DNA of 63,888 nt from Negaprion brevirostris (Eukaryota), in assembly GCA_030324005.1 (NCBI GenBank), contig JARDVH010000042.1, positions 74,936,116 to 75,000,003 on the forward strand. The letters run 5' to 3'. The notes under the pieces were generated by a model. That model worked only from the letters and a program-made list of their open reading frames with translations, did not search any database and was not told the origin of the DNA. Every line of letters starts with the position of its first letter. Position 1 is the first letter of the stretch. This document shows positions 24,891 to 38,280 of this stretch, in pieces. Made by a program: the position numbers and the translations under genes.

Positions 24891-27201
24891 GTATTTCTGG
24901 TGCTAAGTAAATGTTTTGTTTCCAAGTGTGGTCTGTTAGGATTATTCTTCCCTGGTCCTGTGTTCTCGTGAGCTCTAATTTGTTTCTTTGCTAAATTACC
25001 TTGATTCTTTTTATCACACTCGGTGAGCAAAATAAATGCTACTGCGACATTAGCATCTGCTTTAATGCCTAAATTTACAATTAATTTGAGGAAAGGTAGT
25101 TGATAACACAAGCATATGGCATTGATTTTCTCCACATGTGCCATATTCTTGATTGGCAGCACCTTGTAAAGCATCTTACATTAAATCTTAGAAAAGCTAT
25201 GTTGTCATCCCTGAACAAGTTTACTTCTATGGAAAATTCCCTAACAATTAGACACTGTCTCTATCACCTCTCGTTCTAGCCAATCTACATTGCACACTTG
25301 CTGCTGTTTTTTTATATATCCTTGCTGTAATTGTACTCCCTGCGGAGAACAACTTAGGTCTTGTTTACACAAATCCAGCATTGTCTTCTCCCTTTTGGAT
25401 CCTATACCTCTACCTACAAAAGCAGAAGTTCAATGTGACCTTTCAATGGTATTATTTACTTGATTGTCATCTTGATGAATGCATACCAATTATTTCACTT
25501 TGAAGTGAAAAGACTAACTGCTTCTGTTTGTGAGAAGTTGGTTGAGAGAGTGTAACGCAAAAGAATGACTAAATAGACCAGGTTTTATTTTCAGTAATTA
25601 CGTTAATTTTAAAGCCTGTTAATATGCATTTCTAAAAACTGCTGGACTTTGGATTGACAATTGCCCATCATTTATAGAAGATTAGTTTAGCATTAAATAC
25701 ACAGTAGTATCACAGTGTATTACTCCTACATTTTACATTTTGACAACACAAGTAATTGCACATTATCTAATCCTCTGAGGAATTATAACTTCAGAATCAA
25801 ACATCAAGGTTATGCTAGGGTTCTCAGACGGGTATCTTATCTTTTAAGTGTGACCCATTTGGGTAGATAATTATACAGAGTGAAAATTAAAATACCATTG
25901 AGTGTAAACTGGTGATTTTGCAAACCTTTAGTGTATTTCACTTAAGAGTGAAAAGTAGAAAAGTGCTAGGAATAAATTTCTCTGATAAATCTCTGCTTTC
26001 GAAATTGTTGTCTGAACAAAGAAAATTGTTATGAATGGATCACAATGGTTTACTCTTTATACAGAAAAGCAACATAAACTGTAGACATTACAATTAGATT
26101 AGAACTAATCTAAAACATGTACCTTAAATGGAAGATCAATGCACATCAAAATACGCTGAAAGTTTTGTGCAAAGATTAAGAAACTTGCAGATTTGCTTAA
26201 TAAGCCTGTAGTGGCTTGCTGCCCCCTGCTGACAATTTCACATAAGAACAGAATTAATAGTGCATTAATAGTCCAACCCTCGTCCACGGGCCACATCAGG
26301 GCCACCATCAGGCCTCTGCATTCAGGCCCATGGACCCCATGTTCAAAATGCCAATAAGTGGAATGGAAGATTCTGCAAGGATCGAGAGTGCCTTTCAGCA
26401 GCAAATGTGGGAAACAATTTCTAAATGGAGGAATGTAGAACTTAGCAACGGGAATAGAAGTATCTAGATTAGCCAAAGGTCTGAAAGATATCACTGACAA
26501 ATAACCTTATAATACCTTAATAAAATGATAAATTATTATAGAAATAGCTTTTTGGCTCCTGAAGAAAGCTTCCATGGCAGTTTCCTGGCTGACAAACATA
26601 GGCCTGTGGACTCTGCTAAGGACATGTCCAGCACTGCTTCAAAACAAGACATTTCTAATCCTGATAACATTGGATCCCTGACATAAACCAACTATCTGAT
26701 TAAAAGTCAAAACAATCTCTCAAGAAGTTGGAGAAAGAAATTCACTTTGGACACAAAAAAAAGTTTTTTTGATGTGGGGCCTCAGCCCAAAAATTAAACT
26801 TTGGTCAGAGGGGAGAGCCCACCCACACACACCCCCGCCACCCCCCCTGCCCTGCCCCCACCCCACCCCCTGCCCCCGCCCCACCCCNNNNNNNNNNNNN
26901 NNNNNNNNNNNNNNNNNNNNNNNNNNNNNNNNNNNNNNNNNNNNNNNNNNNNNNNNNNNNNNNNNNNNNNNNNNNNNNNNNNNNNNNCATGCTCCAGGGC
27001 TGCTAACCATTCCACCCAATGGGCTGTATGGTTTTCTCCCTACTTAGTTGATGCATCATTGTTAAACAGTTGCTTCATATTCAACTACTTTAAAAACCCT
27101 GGAGTTCAACCCTGTTTTAGAGAATCTGATTCCCAAATCAAAATATTACAAACCCTCATCAGCTTTTCTCCAAGGTATTGATCTGTTTAGTCATACTTAT
27201 A

Positions 27202-27976
27202 GGGGGCCATTCTCCCATCCTGTTGCGCTGATCTATTAGCATATAATTTAAATGTGATTAATGGGCCTGGGACTGAAGTTTCCAGACCCACTGGCCTCCA
27301 CACCCTTCTCCAGTTAGGAGTGGTTCACTCTAGTAAGGTTTAAAATAGTTCCCCACTTTCAGGGAGCTGGTGGCCTGACCCCATTTGAGTAAAGAAGGGC
27401 AATAAGGGCCCCCTGGAGGACCAGCTGCCAGGGGGTGCACCCTGGGCAACTGTGAGTGCCAGCCTGTGCCCCTGGCATTGTCAAAGGAAGCAAAGTGCCA
27501 AAGCCCAGGAGCACTTGGCACTGCTCACCTGGCATGGGGCAGTGCCATCGGTGTGGGCTGCCACTGTAGACAGGATCAGTGGGGGAATCAGCAGAGTGGG
27601 TGGGGGAGGAGTCAGCAGTCTCTTGGGGATTGGGGAGAGAAAAGGGGAGTCATAGGTGGGGCCGGGAATGGTCGATGGGGGAACAGTGCCTGCAAGCGAG
27701 CCGCCAGCAATCGAGAGGCCAGCAGACAGGGGTCTCTGCGCATGCACTGATCTCGGCACTGACAGATCAGTACATGTGCAGTGGCCCGCTCACTGCAATA
27801 CTGCCAGCCTCTTCAGCAGAGATAGGCCCCATCCACTAATCTTCAGTGCGATTTACGCTCATGCACTTGGAGTGTGGGAGGTTCATTTTGAAACACCCGC
27901 TGAAAAAAAACAACGGAATTTACTTCAGTTTTCACACAATTTTGGCACTTAGAATTTTTATGGGAGAATTGCCCCC
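27202..27976. mobile_element. Harbinger-type MITE / non-autonomous DNA transposon
   Basis: 16-bp TIR with 1 mismatch: gggggccattctccca ... tgggagaattgccccc; no clear TSD. Confidence 0.75.
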
Positions 27977-28879
27977 ACATTCTTTGCCATTATCATCTTA
28001 AAGCATATTATTTTATGGTCACAATTGCCCAGATGTTCTCCTACTTGTAGCCACTCCGGATCAGTCCCCAGTAACTAGTCCAACAGCAAATCTTCCATTG
28101 TGGGGCTTTTCACATTATTGGACTAGGAAGGAATCCTGCACACATTGTGGAACTCCATTTCTTTATCCCCTTCTGCCCAATTAATATCGCAGTAGTTGCT
28201 ATCCCCATGATTATTATTAGAACCATAGGAAAGTTTCAACACAGAAAGCCATTTAGCCTATCTTGTCCATGTCAGCCTAATGACACCCAAGTGCTGTTTC
28301 TAATCCTACCTTGCTGCACCAGGCCCATAGTTTTGTAGCTTACAGCACTTGAGTGCAGATCCAGGTACTTTTTAAAAGAGTTTAGGGACTGTGTCTCCAC
28401 CCCCCAACTCAGGCAGCTAATTCCTGACACTCACCACTCTTTGCGTAATAAAATTCTTCTTCATGTACCCTCCATACCTGGCACTTAATTTGAATCTGTT
28501 TTTATTTACTTAATTCCTTAATTTGTCACACATTTCTTTCACCAACTCCCTGCAACTATTAGGTAGTTTGTGGACTATACTGATTGACGTGATTGACCCT
28601 TTATTACCTTTTATCTCTATCTATATGGATTCTATTTGTCTCACCAATAGCTGCATCTCTATTTTCTCTAGTAATTATCTTAACCCTAATAGCACAACCA
28701 CCACCCAACCCCTGCCACCTTTTCCTTCTCAGCCTTTTAAATATGTTGCACCCTGGAATGTTTAGTTACTATTCTGATTTCTCTAGTCGTGCTTCAGACT
28801 CCTCCAAAACCCTCGGCATTGCATGCAGACTTTTCAACCAATCAACCAACATACCATACTTGTTGTCTGGAAGTGTTTT

Positions 28880-30445
28880 GGAGGGAATTGTTGACCAGTT
28901 GGAGAAAATCTCCATTACAAGGGAGGAAGTGTTAGGGTTTTTGGGTAACATTAAAACTGACAAATCTCCAGGGCTTGATAGCATTTATCCTAGGCTGCTC
29001 AGGGACGAGAGATGAAATTGCTGGGCCTCTCTGACGGAAATCTTTGTCTCTTCTTTGGACACAGATGAGGTCCCAAAGGATTGGAGGATAGTGAGTGTGG
29101 TACCGTTGTTTAAAAAGGGTGGTAGGGATAACCTGGGTAATTATAGGCCGGTGAGCTTGACATTAGTGGTAGGGAAGTTGTTAGAGAGGAATCTTAGAGC
29201 TAGGATGTATATGCATTTAGAACATAATCTGATTAGTGACAGGCAACATGGCTTTGCATAGAGGAGGTTGTGTCTTACAAATCTGGTAGAATTTTTTGAG
29301 GAGGTGACAAAAACGGTTGACGAAGGACNNNNNNNNNNNNNNNNNNNNNNNNNNNNNNNNNNNNNNNNNNNNNNNNNNNNNNNNNNNNNNNNNNNNNNNN
29401 NNNNNNNNNNNNNNNNNNNNNNNNNNNNNNNNNNNNNNNNNNNNNNNNNNNNNNNNNNNNNNNNNNNNNNNNNNNNNNNNNNNNNNNNNNNNNNNNNNNN
29501 NNNNNNNNNNNNNNNNNNNNNNNNNNNNNNNNNNNNNNNNNNNNNNNNNNNNNNATGATCTTATTGAATGGCGGGGCAGGCTCGAAAGGCTAGATGGCCT
29601 ACTCCTGCTCCTATTTCTTATGTTCTTATGAGACAAATAATCATTGTCAGGTTAGCAGAATGTATAGTGGAATGCTATAGGGATAAGTGCTGGAATTTCA
29701 GCTATGATTTAGACAGAGTAATGTGTCCAAGTTTGCTGATGATACGAAGCTAGGTGGGATTGCAAGCTGAGGAGGACAGAGGCTGCAAAAATAGGCAAGT
29801 TAAGTGAACGGGACACTTAGTACAAGGAAGGCAAAGTTAGCATATAGGTACAGCAAGCAATTAGAAAGGCAAATAACATGCTGTCCTTTATTGAAAATGG
29901 ATTGATGTACAAGGTAAATATATCCTGTTAAAATTGTACAGAGTTTTGGTGAGACCGCACCTGCAATAGCGTATGCAGTTTCGGTTTCCATAGTTAAGGA
30001 AGGATGTACTTCATTGGAGGTGGTACAGCGAAGATTAATTGCCCTATGATGAGGTTGAGTAAAGTGGTTCCATTATTTTCTGGCATCTATAAAAATGAAG
30101 TGATCTCGCTCCAAGATTCTCACTCCAGAATCACAAGATTCTGAAGGAGCTTGAAAGGGTTTTCCTCCTCTGGGGAATCTAAAACACAGGGAACTATCTT
30201 AGAATAGATGGCCAATCATTTAGGACTGAGATGAGGGGAAATTCCTTCACTCAAAAGGCACAAATCTTTGAAGTTTTCTATCCCTAAGGGTTGAGTGTTG
30301 AATATACTCAAGATCAGAATTTTTTGGTCTCTCAATGAATACTGAATATAGGGAGCAGGAAGGAAATTGCAGTTGAGCTGAAGATTGGCCATGGCTCAAC
30401 AGGTTGCACGGTTTACTTGCGCTCCAATTTCGCATGTTCTTATTC
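28880..30445 (+). mobile_element. CR1 LINE fragments (at least two copies around a gap)
   Basis: KSPGLDSIYPRLL, VPKDWR..VVPLFKKG.RD..GNYRPVSLT, QHGF, CLTNLVEFFEEV; decayed 3' part after the gap. Confidence 0.85.
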
Positions 30446-30739
30446 TAGATCCTGAACTCCAAGCACAATGCACAACATAGTATATGTGCAATTCACAAAT
30501 CTAATTACTTGTGCTCCCAAAGTGAAATCAATTGAAATCATTAAGTGGGTGAATTCCACTTATACTAAACTGCCATCAAATCTACTGCTGAAAAAAAATG
30601 CCAAAATCCTAGTGTAGGTCGAGGTAATAATCCAACATCAAAGTGAAGATATTGTGATCCTTCAAATAGCAAAATAAAAAAGTGGCAAGATAAATGAAGT
30701 AAAATGTCACAGAATACACAGCAATCCAATGCTGGGTTT

Positions 30740-33434
30740 ACTTATTTTAATAAATTATTTTGAAGTTCTTTTTAATATACATTTTATACAGTTCCAGATG
30801 AGGCACATTTGAAGAAAGTGGTAATATAACTAACAGGATATGAACAATACCAGTGCCAAGATGCCTGAAAATCTCTGCTTTTGTGAACTTCTTGTTCAGA
30901 AAAATATATTTTATAATATATACATTTTTTAAAAACTGAAAATGATTTTCCTTTTTAGGAATTCTCTTCACAATATACAACACATTGCACTTGAGCACAA
31001 TCTGTGTGCATACAGATCATTATCAAACTCCACTAAGTAACCAGAAATCAGATGGGCCATATTTTCAATAAATCTGAAATAAATTTAGAAATTCTCAATT
31101 TAAAAGTTTAATGCAAACTCTACCTTTAGTAAATCTGAAATCAGAAGTTTATCTTAAACTGTAATGGATGAGAAAATCAATTGAGACAGGGTGTTGAGTT
31201 TTTACTGCTTGAAGTTGTGCCAATAATGATCTACCAGTGGTGAACTGCACCTTGTAGTATTGCTCAGAAGGGCAGGTTTATGTTCAATTTTAGAAAAATC
31301 ACACTTCTCTCAACACAATCCTGTGATTGATGAGCCAACTCTTGTTTTTGCCATTTTTCTCTCCATCACTTATCCAAGTAAAAAACTTTATATTATTCCC
31401 AACCTGACACAGGAGTTACAGTCTAACAGGAAACTATTACTAAGTAAATGGTCATCTTATTTTAAGGCAGAACTTACCCTCAAAATGGCCTTGTTCAGTG
31501 CTTTTCAGTACTTTGTATCTGATGGCAAGGTAACTCCAGTATCAAGGAAATAATAAAATTATAGAGGGCACGTCCACATTTGTAATGGTTTCATCTGAGA
31601 ATTAAATGCAGATGATTTTGATAAGTTGATTTGGCATTTTTATTGGCAGGGCGGGGGACTGGTTAGAGAATTAGATTTTCACCAATTATATCAGATCATT
31701 TATAAACATTCAATCATGGGGAAATCATTTTCCAAAGTTTGCAAAAAACATCTGAATGAAGTGCACAAGTTATACATTTTCATAATCATATCTAATATTC
31801 ATTTCTACTAAATTAGGCTCTTTCTGGGATTACGAAATTATATTCAATGGAACTGTTTAATCAGCCATCTTACCCAAGTACACTGGGTCAAAGGTGTTTA
31901 ATGGGAATGTGCTTCTTCCAAACAATGAATTTCTGGCAAAACAGGCGGTTCATAATATCAAGAAAGAGATTTTCTTAAGTGCCAAAAGAACCGCACATAT
32001 ACAGCGTCCCATTGGTTCAAAAGCGAACTCAATCCAGTTAGCTTATGCTCTAATGCACACAATAGCAAAGAGATCAGAATTAACGGTAGCAGGCCTACAA
32101 AGCTGCTTGCATATAGGCTAAAGCTGAGGTAGCAGATTATGTGTTTGAGGCTATGCACGGTTAGCAGCTGAGGCCAAGTGCAAGGAAAGAACAGGGATGT
32201 GGTTAATCTGCCGAACTGGACATCTTTCTGCAGTTTTAGTGAAACCATTTTGACTAAAACAAAAAGCAGTTTTTCTCTCCAGTACAAAAAGGTTTCTCTA
32301 AATTCCCCACAATATTTGCCTGAAACATTAAATATAAAATTCATGTCAAAAATAGTATTAGATAATCCGTACATATTGTTCTTTAGAAAACTGCAGTTAT
32401 TTTCACAGGTCAGGTTTTAGCCTTACCTGCAAGTTATAAGAAAAATAATTGTCTTTTAACAGATACTTCAACCAAAGCCTTCTCACAAAATGAAAAGAGA
32501 TACACAGCGGACACTTGAAATTTGCTTACTTACCAAGTATTACAAATGAAAAAAACACAAGCGTTTCTTTTACTTAGTAGTTCAATTGCCTGGGATGTCG
32601 ACACAAGAATCTACAACTTACTTATTACAACCTTAGTTATTGAATAACTTGTTTTATTCATCTACAAACAGTAGCCAAGGTAGTGAGTTTAATATTTCCA
32701 CAATGTACTCTGTTCAAATTTTAAGAAGGCTGAGGGAAGTTAGGGCGGTAGTTTCACAGATTGCCTTCCTTAATACTTTGCAAAGTGAAGTACTGTGACT
32801 CTCTGGTTTGCATAGCCATCCTCAAAATCTATGTACACATTTCTATGCAAGTCGATTGGGCTCCTTTCCTTTACCTCTCCAAATCCGACTCCACCCATGG
32901 CATTTGAGGAATTTCAGGGAAACAAACAGCGAAAAGTATACAGACTTAGTGGATTTGATGATCTTTCATTTTAGGGCAAGTATAAATTACTGCAGCCAAT
33001 GGGAACACAACTTAAGTCCAATCGATGAAGAGTTTTTTATACAGGGGTAGTAAATTGATCGAATCAACATTCACAAAATGATGTTCCTTCCCCCTTTCAA
33101 TTGGTGTACAAGTTACAACCCTGAGATATGGCTCTGAATGTATTCCTTCTCCAAAATTCTGAATGCTGATCACCAGCATCAAGTGGAATTTCTTGCATCG
33201 GGATGACACTTTGGATAGTACTTGAACTGGCAGTGCTGAATATTGGATTCAAGTAGCTTGCATTAAAAATGAAGCTACTAGTTACATCCACTTTCACGGA
33301 TCTCAAAGTAATCTTTCTTCAAAATGGTTTCCACTCTTCGTAGGCCATCTGGTCTTTCAATGTGCCGTAGATCCAGTGGAGTCAACACATCGTTCTTTGT
33401 TTCGATCTGCAATTTTTCTTCAAAGCTAATATCC
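30740..33434 (-). other. MFSD14B: MFSD14-family gene putative 3' UTR
   Basis: about 2.7 kb apparently TE-free AT-rich tract; minus-strand AATAAA at 32653-32658, ATTAAA at 30746-30751 and 30771-30776; Pumilio-type TGTANATA at 30917-30924 and 32830-32837. Confidence 0.5.
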
Positions 33435-33644
33435 TCACACACTGCTGTCCTGCAACAGTGGCTCATTGTCCTCGTCACTGCTAATGGGTGGAGTAGTGGG
33501 ATTGATACCAAGACTGCTGCTATGCTTCCTTGCAGTACTGGCTTTACCAGAGATGCCATGTTCAGGAATAAATAAGGCAACCAAAAAAGCTACCAGGACT
33601 GTAATGGCTCCAAACAAGAAAGGTGGTCCAGGGATAATGGAATC
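33435..33644 (-). CDS. MFSD14B: MFSD14-family terminal coding exon
   Basis: gtttag|GAT...GTG TGA; 210 bp; DSIIPGPPFLFGAITVLVAFLVALFIPEH...SDEDNEPLLQDSSV*, with an acidic dileucine-type motif in the tail. Confidence 0.93.
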   Translation of the reverse strand, partial: DSIIPGPPFLFGAITVLVAFLVALFIPEHGISGKASTARKHSSSLGINPTTPPISSDEDNEPLLQDSSV

Positions 33645-33977
33645 CTAAACGAACAAGAAATGAATAGAAGAATCAGCAATTGCCAACAACTTGCATTCAT
33701 GCATTGCCTTTACAACACAGGAAAAATGTTCAAACAAAACGTTCACCTCAAATATTGGGAAGGGGGATTAAAATTTAGTCAATAAAGTTTTAAGGGGATC
33801 CTAAAGGAGGGGAGGTTTTGGCAAAGAATTCCAACAACAGACTCTAGATAACTGCGCGCTATACAGACAGTGGTGGGACAAAGTTTAAGGGTGAGGTACA
33901 AAGAGGTTACAAATACAGGGTGGGGCCAGGGAGGAATTTGGATTTAACATTCTCATTCTTGCATTGTCAAAACTTAC

Positions 33978-34123
33978 CTCCATTTTGGAATTTTGTACAT
34001 TGACCTTCTTGCCAGGGATTGCATCCAGCTCCACATGAAACATGTAGAAAATAAAACCATATAGAGCAGGTCCAAGGCCATTGCACAACCCTCTGATTCC
34101 TGTGATCATTCCTTGCACAACAC
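33978..34123 (-). CDS. MFSD14B: MFSD14-family penultimate exon
   Basis: ttttag|GT GTT...GAG|gtaagt; 146 bp; (G)VVQGMITGIRGLCNGLGPALYGFIFYMFHVELDAIPGKKVNVQNSKME. Confidence 0.94.
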
Positions 34124-34736
34124 CTAAAAAAAAAATCAAAGTATTAATTGCAATTATTTCAAAAGATATAGAAGCTTTAATGGCAAATTACTGATGTGAC
34201 AACAATTTTTCCTTTAAAAAAAAAGAAAATCTTGCCTTAAAAGTTCCCATCCTTTAAAATCCTCGCAATTATCTTTGCAACGCTCTACCCCAGAATGGTA
34301 AAGGCTGAGATCGATTGTTGAACTAAAATGAGGGTCAAGGGTTATAGGGAAACAGGTGAAAAAGTGGAATTAAGGCCAAGATCAGATGCAGCTGGCTTAA
34401 GAGGCCATATGGCTGAGTCCTGCTCACGTTCTTAGGTTCTTGCATTATTTATCCATAGACCTTTTGGTGGCTACAGCAACAATTAACTGCAAGTTTAATT
34501 TTGGCATTACACTGGCTACCTCAATTTTTCAGTACCATCAAATATGCCATAGGCATATTTTAGATTGATTTGAATTTGAGGAAGTTTTGCATTTCCAGTA
34601 ATGCATTGCTTCTCACATAATTATTGCATCAAGCCACTTAGGAACATGCTCCTCAGAAAGGTAAGAGAGGGAAGATGATGAAAAACAGCATTTATTTTAC
34701 GAGAAAATGATACATAAGGGAGAGTTAAGCAAGATG

Positions 34737-35090
34737 GTAACATAGTGGTATTGTCATTGAACTAGTAATCAATGACCCAGAGTAATGATCTGGGAACTCA
34801 TGTTCGAATCTCATCATGGCAGGTGGTGAAATTTGAATTCAATAAAAATTTGGAATTAAAAGTCTAATGTTGGCCACGAAACATTACAAATTGTTGTAAA
34901 AACCCACCTGGTTCATTGATGTGTATGTCCTTTCCTGGTCTGGCTATATGTGACCCTGGACCCAAGTCAAGAGTTTGACTCTTAAATACCCTCTAGAATG
35001 GCCAAGCAAACCATTCAGTTCAACAGCAATAAGGGATGGGCAACAAATGCTGGCACTTGCAGCATGCACATGTCACATGAATGAAAAAAA
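34737..35090 (+). mobile_element. tRNA-derived SINE (second family)
   Basis: A-box-like tagtggta, B-box gttcgaatc, LINE-shared tail and A-rich end; inverse copy at 49215-49550. Confidence 0.7.
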
Positions 35091-35759
35091 ACTACAACAA
35101 AATGTCTGCAAAAGGCATAGTAATTAGTTGCGGGGGCAGGGTGGGGGTCTGCTGCATGCAGCTGTGTGGCATCTACTCAGCACAGTTTACAAACAGTGGC
35201 AACAGGTATTTGATACAATGGCGGGGGGGGGGGACGGTGGGGCGGGAGNNNNNNNNNNNNNNNNNNNNNNNNNNNNNNNNNNNNNNNNNNNNNNNNNNNN
35301 NNNNNNNNNNNNNNNNNNNNNNNNNNNNNNNNNNNNNNNNNNNNNNNNNNNNNNNNNNNNNNNNNNNNNNNNNNNNNNNNNNNNNNNNNNNNNNNNNNNN
35401 NNNNNNNNNNNNNNNNNNNNNNNNNNNNNNNNNNNNNNNNNNNNNNNNNNNNNNNNNNNNNNNNNNNNNNNNNNNNNNNNNNNNNNNNNNNNNNNNNNNN
35501 NNNNNNNNNNNNNNNNNNNNNNNNNNNNNNNNNNNNNNNNNNNNNNNNNNNNNNNNNNNNNNNNNNNNNNNNNNNNNNNNNNNNNNNNNNNNNNNNNNNN
35601 NNNNNNNNCAGTGGATAGGCATATGGATAACATTGGAATAGTTTAGGTTAGAGGGTCATTAGATCGGTTCCACTGGTCGGCGCAATATCAAGGGCTGAAG
35701 GGCCTGTACTGCGCTGTAATGTTCTATGTTCTATGGATCAGTATGTCAAGGGACCAAGC

Positions 35760-37885
35760 AGGCAACAGACCATGTTAGACATGGAATTGTAAACTGAGAC
35801 AGGATCTTGAAGTAATCTTCAAGGATCTCAATAATCTTGAAGTAAACAAGCCTCTAGGGAAGAGTAATCTAATGAACAATTTATATTGAGTTTGAGTGAT
35901 TTAATTGAGTTTGAAACTAGGGTCTTAAATTTTACTAAAAAAATACACGAGGAGCAAGTTGGCTAAGATAAACTGTGAAAATGTAAACAGATAATTCATA
36001 ATTATTCATTTTCATCAGAAATAAAAACTTAATGGAGAATAGGTCTAACCTTTGGCACATAAAAAGTATGAGATTAAAGGATAAACTTTGGTAATATTGC
36101 CAAAAAAGCAAGCCTGAGAATTGGGATGATTTTAAAATTTAGCAAAAATGACCAAAAAGTTAATAAGGAAAATAGGATGCGGGTAAATGAACAGGAGACA
36201 TAAAACAGTTTATAAAGGTTATGTAGGTATGCAAATGAGAGTCTGACAGACAAAAGAGAAATTATTGTAGGGAGTAAAAAAATGGCAGAGATTTATATTA
36301 AACAAATACTTCGTATTGGTCTTCAGGAAATTCTGGAAGCAGTGCAAGTTCTAATGAAAATAAGGAACTTAAAGTAGAACTAGAAATAGAACTGCACTGA
36401 GAAATTGATGGGATTAAAAGCCAACAACTTCCTTAGATCAGAATGCTTACAACCTAGGGTTTTAAAATAAGTGGCTATAGAAGTAATGGATGGATTTAGC
36501 TTTGACCTTTGTGAATCTTGTGGATTCTAGAATGGTTCCTCACAGATCTTGAGGGGAATTGCTTGATAGAGCAGACACAGCACGGTTTCGTTAAGGGGAA
36601 GTCGTGTCTGACAAANNNNNNNNNNNNNNNNNNNNNNNNNNNNNNNNNNNNNNNNNNNNNNNNNNNNNNNNNNNNNNNNNNNNNNNNNNNNNNNNNNNNN
36701 NNNNNNNNNNNNNNNGATCTTATTGAATGGTGGGGCAGGCTCGAAGGGCTAGATGGCCTACTCCTGCTCCTATTTCTTATGTTCTTATAAGACAACAGTA
36801 AAGGTAACCAATTATTCAAGAAAGGAAGAGGACAAAATAACAAGGAACTGTGGGTTATTTTGATATCATTTGCAGGGAACATGCATTAAAATTGTGTGCA
36901 TGCTGCAACTGCCATATTAGCTCTCAAAAGAACTACTGTGGCACTCAAAAAATGAGCACAACTGATCCCCATTTCATGATGACAGATTGAAATGACAGAA
37001 ATGTAGCTTTCTGTCAAGGACAGAATTGAAAATGAAAAGTACAATGATGATCTAAAAAGGGGAATGCTTGGGGAAACACGAGTTTATGGGAACAATGGTT
37101 TATGTTAATATAAAAGGGAATTCAAAAGCTTTTGGTTTTAAACACAAACGGGTAGTCAAAGAAGGTTGGTTCCAATTAGGGATCAGAAGGGAGGTCTTTA
37201 GGAGGCAGAGGCCATGGCTGTTAATGAGTAATTCGCACCTGCCTTTACTAGAAAACAGGATGCTTCCAATGTAGCTTTTAAGAAAGAGACAGTAACAATA
37301 TTGCATAGAATAGAAAAAGAGTTACTTAAAAGGTTGATAGCCCTCAGTCATCTCTCTGGATGTGACGCATCGTCAGCTAGGTAGGGAAGCAAAGGTGAAG
37401 TTGGTAAATGATCAAAATCATCAATTATTTTGATAGTTTCTCTTTTTTTTTAAACTGTTTGTTAGGAAGGTCAATCACCAGATGACAAAGGTTTAAGACG
37501 ACTGGCAGAAGAACCATAAAATTCTAACAGGATTGTGCAGGGTAGATTCAGAAAGAACGTTCTCAGTGGTGGGGAGTCCAGAACCAGGTGTCATTGTTTG
37601 AGGATAAGTGATAAAGCTTTTAAGACTGAAGTGAGGATAAATTTTTTCACCCAGAGAATGATGAATCTGTGGAATTCACTACCACAGAAAGCAGCTGAGG
37701 CCAAAACAGTGTGATTTCAAGATGAAATTAGTTATAGCTCTTGGGCCTAAAGAGATCAAAAGATATTGGGCGGGGGAGGGGCAGGAGAAGAATATTCAAC
37801 GCGACCAGTCATGATCAAAGTAAATAGCAGAGCAGGCTCAAAGGTCCGAATGGCCTACTTCTGCTTCTATTTTCTATGTTTTTAT
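35760..37885 (+). mobile_element. cluster of decayed CR1 fragments with a nested young CR1 end (about 36548-36788)
   Basis: QHGFVKGKSCLT; 3' ends tttttcacccagagaatgatgaatctgtggaattcactaccacag; ttctatg tails. Confidence 0.75.
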
Positions 37886-38129
37886 GACTTTTTTTGAACA
37901 TAGTGAATTGTGATCTTGAATGTTTCAAGTGAGAGGGTGGTGGAGACTGCTTCAATAGTAATATTCAAAAGAACTGGAAAAATTGCAGGACAATGGTAAT
38001 CAGATCAGGGAATGAGATTAATTCAATAGCTCAATGAAATATAGGTTCGATGGCCTACTTCTTTGTTTTATTAATTATTTGTATGGCTGAGAAAGCAGTT
38101 ATAGTTTACAAGTAGTCATTTGGTAATAC

Positions 38130-38280
38130 AGAAATTTATTGCTGGAAAAAGACATTTTGACAAAGCTTTTCATCTTGCACTCATCAGAACGACTGCAAGA
38201 ATCAGGAGAAACAACAACTTTATGCTACATGAGGAGAGAATGTTGACTGGCTAGCAGTTGTCAGTTTATAGAGTGTGGAG
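38130..38280 (-). mobile_element. PLE family 2 terminal fragment with hammerhead motif (38157-38192)
   Basis: reverse complement tcgtt CTGATGA gt-gcaag-at GAAA agct tt gtcaa; homologous to 62420-62575. Confidence 0.65.
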
